NCBI RefSeq assembly: GCF_009914755.1
Contig: NC_060931.1
Length of the DNA stretch: 64,000 nucleotides
Origin: the human T2T-CHM13v2.0 reference genome, Homo sapiens
Reading direction: 5' to 3' (one strand)
Part shown: positions 60,366 through 64,000 of the stretch, in pieces
How the letters are laid out: the number at the start of each line of letters is the position of its first letter
Numbering within the stretch: the stretch's first letter is position 1
Position numbers and translations under genes: made by a program
The notes under the pieces: generated by a model
The model's input: only the letters and a program-made list of their open reading frames with translations
Databases searched by the model: none
What the model was told of the DNA's origin: nothing

Positions 60366-60552
60366 CTGGATCCTTTAAAAAGGAATGATTGGTTTTATTT
60401 AATTCATATTTTAATAGAGTGACTCCTCCCTTATCTTCCAAGTTGAGCTCTCCCAGCATAGATGGCCCAGCTGCCAGGGCTGATGCCCATAGTCTGTGCA
60501 TAAACAGGGGAGTTCCCGAGCCCTTTTCCAAGCCGCTTTTAAATGCAACTCC

Positions 60553-61378
60553 TTTTTTTTTTTTTGAGATAGGCTGTTGCTCCATTGCCCAGGCAGGAGT
60601 GCAGTGGTGCAATCCTAGCTCACTGCAGCCTCGACCTCCTGGGATCAAGCGATCCTCCCACCACAGCCTCCCACCTAAGCCCCCTGAGTAGCTGGGACTA
60701 CAGGTGTGTGCCACCACACCCAGCTGATTTTATTTTTTGTATTTTTTGTAAAGGCGATGTTGTTCAGGCTGGTCTTGAACTCTTTGGCCTCAGCGATTCT
60801 CCCACCTCAGCTTCCCAAAGTGCTAGGATTGCCAGCGGGAGCCACCCTACCCAGCCGAACTCCTTTCTTACACGTAGTTCTGACAGTATCGATCATCCAC
60901 TCTTCAAGGTGCTAATACATTAAAACAGCAAATTGGAAGTAGGCCAAGGAGGTGCTAGTGGCAGCCCCACGGACAGTAGCAATTAAGACCAGTTGCTAGC
61001 TTGATAGTGGGAGACCAGAAAGACTAAAAATAATTGCAGGCTGTGTTGGTCTGGTATGGATGCTGACTTCCTGACATGTAGCTAGGTGGAGTGGCTCATG
61101 CTGTAATCCCAGCACTTTGGGAATCCAAAGTGAGACGATAACTTGAGGCCAGGAATTCAAGAGCAGCCTGGGCAACATAGCAAGACCCTGTCTCTACAAA
61201 AAAATTTAAAAAATTAAAAAAAATTAGCTGACATGGTGGCACGCACCTGTAAGTCTCAGCTACTGAGGAGGCCGAGATGGGAGGATCGCTGGAGCCCAGG
61301 AGTTCGCGGCTGCAGCAAGCTGTCATTCTACCACTGCACTCTAGGTTGGGCAACAGAGCAAGGTCCTATCCCTAAAGA
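60553..61378. mobile_element. AluJ (-) 60553-60856 and AluJ (+) 61081-61378
   Basis: Alu dimers. Confidence 0.9.
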
Positions 61379-61689
61379 AATGACAAAATAAACAGTCAAC
61401 CACCTGGTGGAGAAGGTAGTATTTTCACCAACGCTGTAGCAAATGTCAAGGCCAAGACAAACACTTGTTTGGAAAATTTAGTTTTGGGGAAACTCCTCTC
61501 CTCTAGTGTGCTGGATTCATGATATATTGTTACCTGGAAATGGCAGCCCTCAGTGGATAAGAACCTGGGGTTTTGGAGATGACCCATGTTTGGCGGCACC
61601 TGATCCCTATCAGCAGCCATGCGTCCCACTGTCTAGGCAGTGGCCAAGGGTGCTCTGTCTTGGACGGCAGACAGCACATCTGATTTGGA

Positions 61690-61830
61690 ATTTTTGTTCC
61701 AGCACTTCTTAGCTGTGTGACTTTGGGCACTGCTGAACCTGCTTCCTCCGTGAAACAGCCAGTGATAAAACTATTTACTGTGTAGAGGATTCTGTGAGAC
61801 TCAACGTATGGCAGTGCCTGATGTACTATT
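61690..61830 (+). mobile_element. MIR fragment
   Basis: TAGCTGTGTGACTTTGGGCA core. Confidence 0.6.
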
Positions 61831-61834
61831 CTAA

Positions 61835-63095
<1,261 letters not shown>

Positions 63096-63409
63096 GAGTT
63101 TGAAAAAAGTGTGTAGACTAACTGAACACTTGCAAGGCAATTTTTTTTTTTTTTGACTGTCTGGAGAGCTTGGGTTCCATGAACACAATACAGCTCTTGT
63201 TCCACGTGACTTACAAGTTGGGCCCCGGGTTTTGTTTTCTTGGCCGAGATCTTGAAGACTGTCTCCAAGTAGGTGTTTCTTCCTTGGCAGCAGGTTTGGC
63301 CAGTTATGTAGTCAGCCCTGTCCTTCTCTGAAGGGTGGGTAGTTGAGTTGGGGGTATGAGAGGGGTGACAGTGGATCATCTTAGCTTTTTTTCTATTTCA
63401 CGTCATTGT

Positions 63410-64000
63410 TCATGGATACAAGTGCAGGTTTGTGACATAGGTAAACTTTTGTCATGGGGGTTTGTTGTACAGATTACGTCATCACCCAGGTATTAAGCCC
63501 AGTATCCATTAGTTTTTTTTTTTTTTTAGTTATTTCTCCTGATCCTCTCCCTCTTTCCACCCTTCACTCTCCAAAAGGCCCCAGTGTGTTTTTCCCCCCT
63601 CTCTGTGTCCATGTGTTCTCATTGTTTAGCTCCCACTTATAAGTGAGAACATGCAGTATTTGGTTTTCTATTCCTGAGTTAGTTTGCAAAGGATAATGGC
63701 CTCCAGCTCCATCCATGTCCCTGCAAAGGACGTGACCTCTTTCTTTTTTCTGGCTGCATAGTATTCTGTGGTGTGTATGCGCCATGTTTTCTTTATCCAG
63801 TCCATTATTGATGGGCATTTACATTGATTCTATGTCTTTGCTATTGTGAATAGTGCTGCAGTGAACATACATATGCATTTATCTTTATGATAGAATGATT
63901 GATATTCTTCTGGGCCTATACTCAGTCATGAGATTGCTGGATCGAATGGTATTTCTGTCTTCAGGTCTTTGAGGAATCATCACACTGTCTTCTATAATGG
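63410..64000 (-). mobile_element. L1PA (about L1PA13-like) 3' end, continues past window
   Basis: GCTCCCACTTATAAGTGAGAACATGCAGTATTTGGTTTTC...GATAATGGCCTCCAGCTCCATCCATGTCCCTGCAAAGGAC antisense L1 3' UTR/ORF2 end. Confidence 0.93.

Overview
Primate (almost certainly human) genomic DNA covering about 30 kb upstream of CUX1 (CDP/Cut; also encodes CASP), its CpG-island promoter and the first ~32 kb of its very large intron 1. Only two coding segments are recognisable, both alternative first exons on the + strand, each ending at a phase-0 GT donor: 30273-30335 ([21 protein letters not shown]) and 31882-31911 (MLCVAGARLK). I did not find the shared next exon (RELDATATV...) in the window. The rest is very Alu-dense (roughly 70 Alus or arms), with L1, L2, MIR, LTR (MLT1, LTR33-like, ERV1-like) and DNA-transposon (MER5, Tigger2) fossils and microsatellites. 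Nearly all other ORFs in the track are Alu-derived or artefacts of GC-rich, stop-poor sequence. I cannot demonstrate a new biological system. The best leads are regulatory and sit at the promoter: (1) a helically phased cluster of CUT-class (ATCRAT) motifs next to a YY1 site in intron 1, suggesting CUX1 autoregulation; (2) a strong-Kozak ATG giving an in-frame 100-aa N-terminal extension of the MLCVAGARLK isoform; (3) uORFs and candidate poison exons. Repeat boundaries are approximate, and subfamily names come from recall of consensus sequences rather than a database search.
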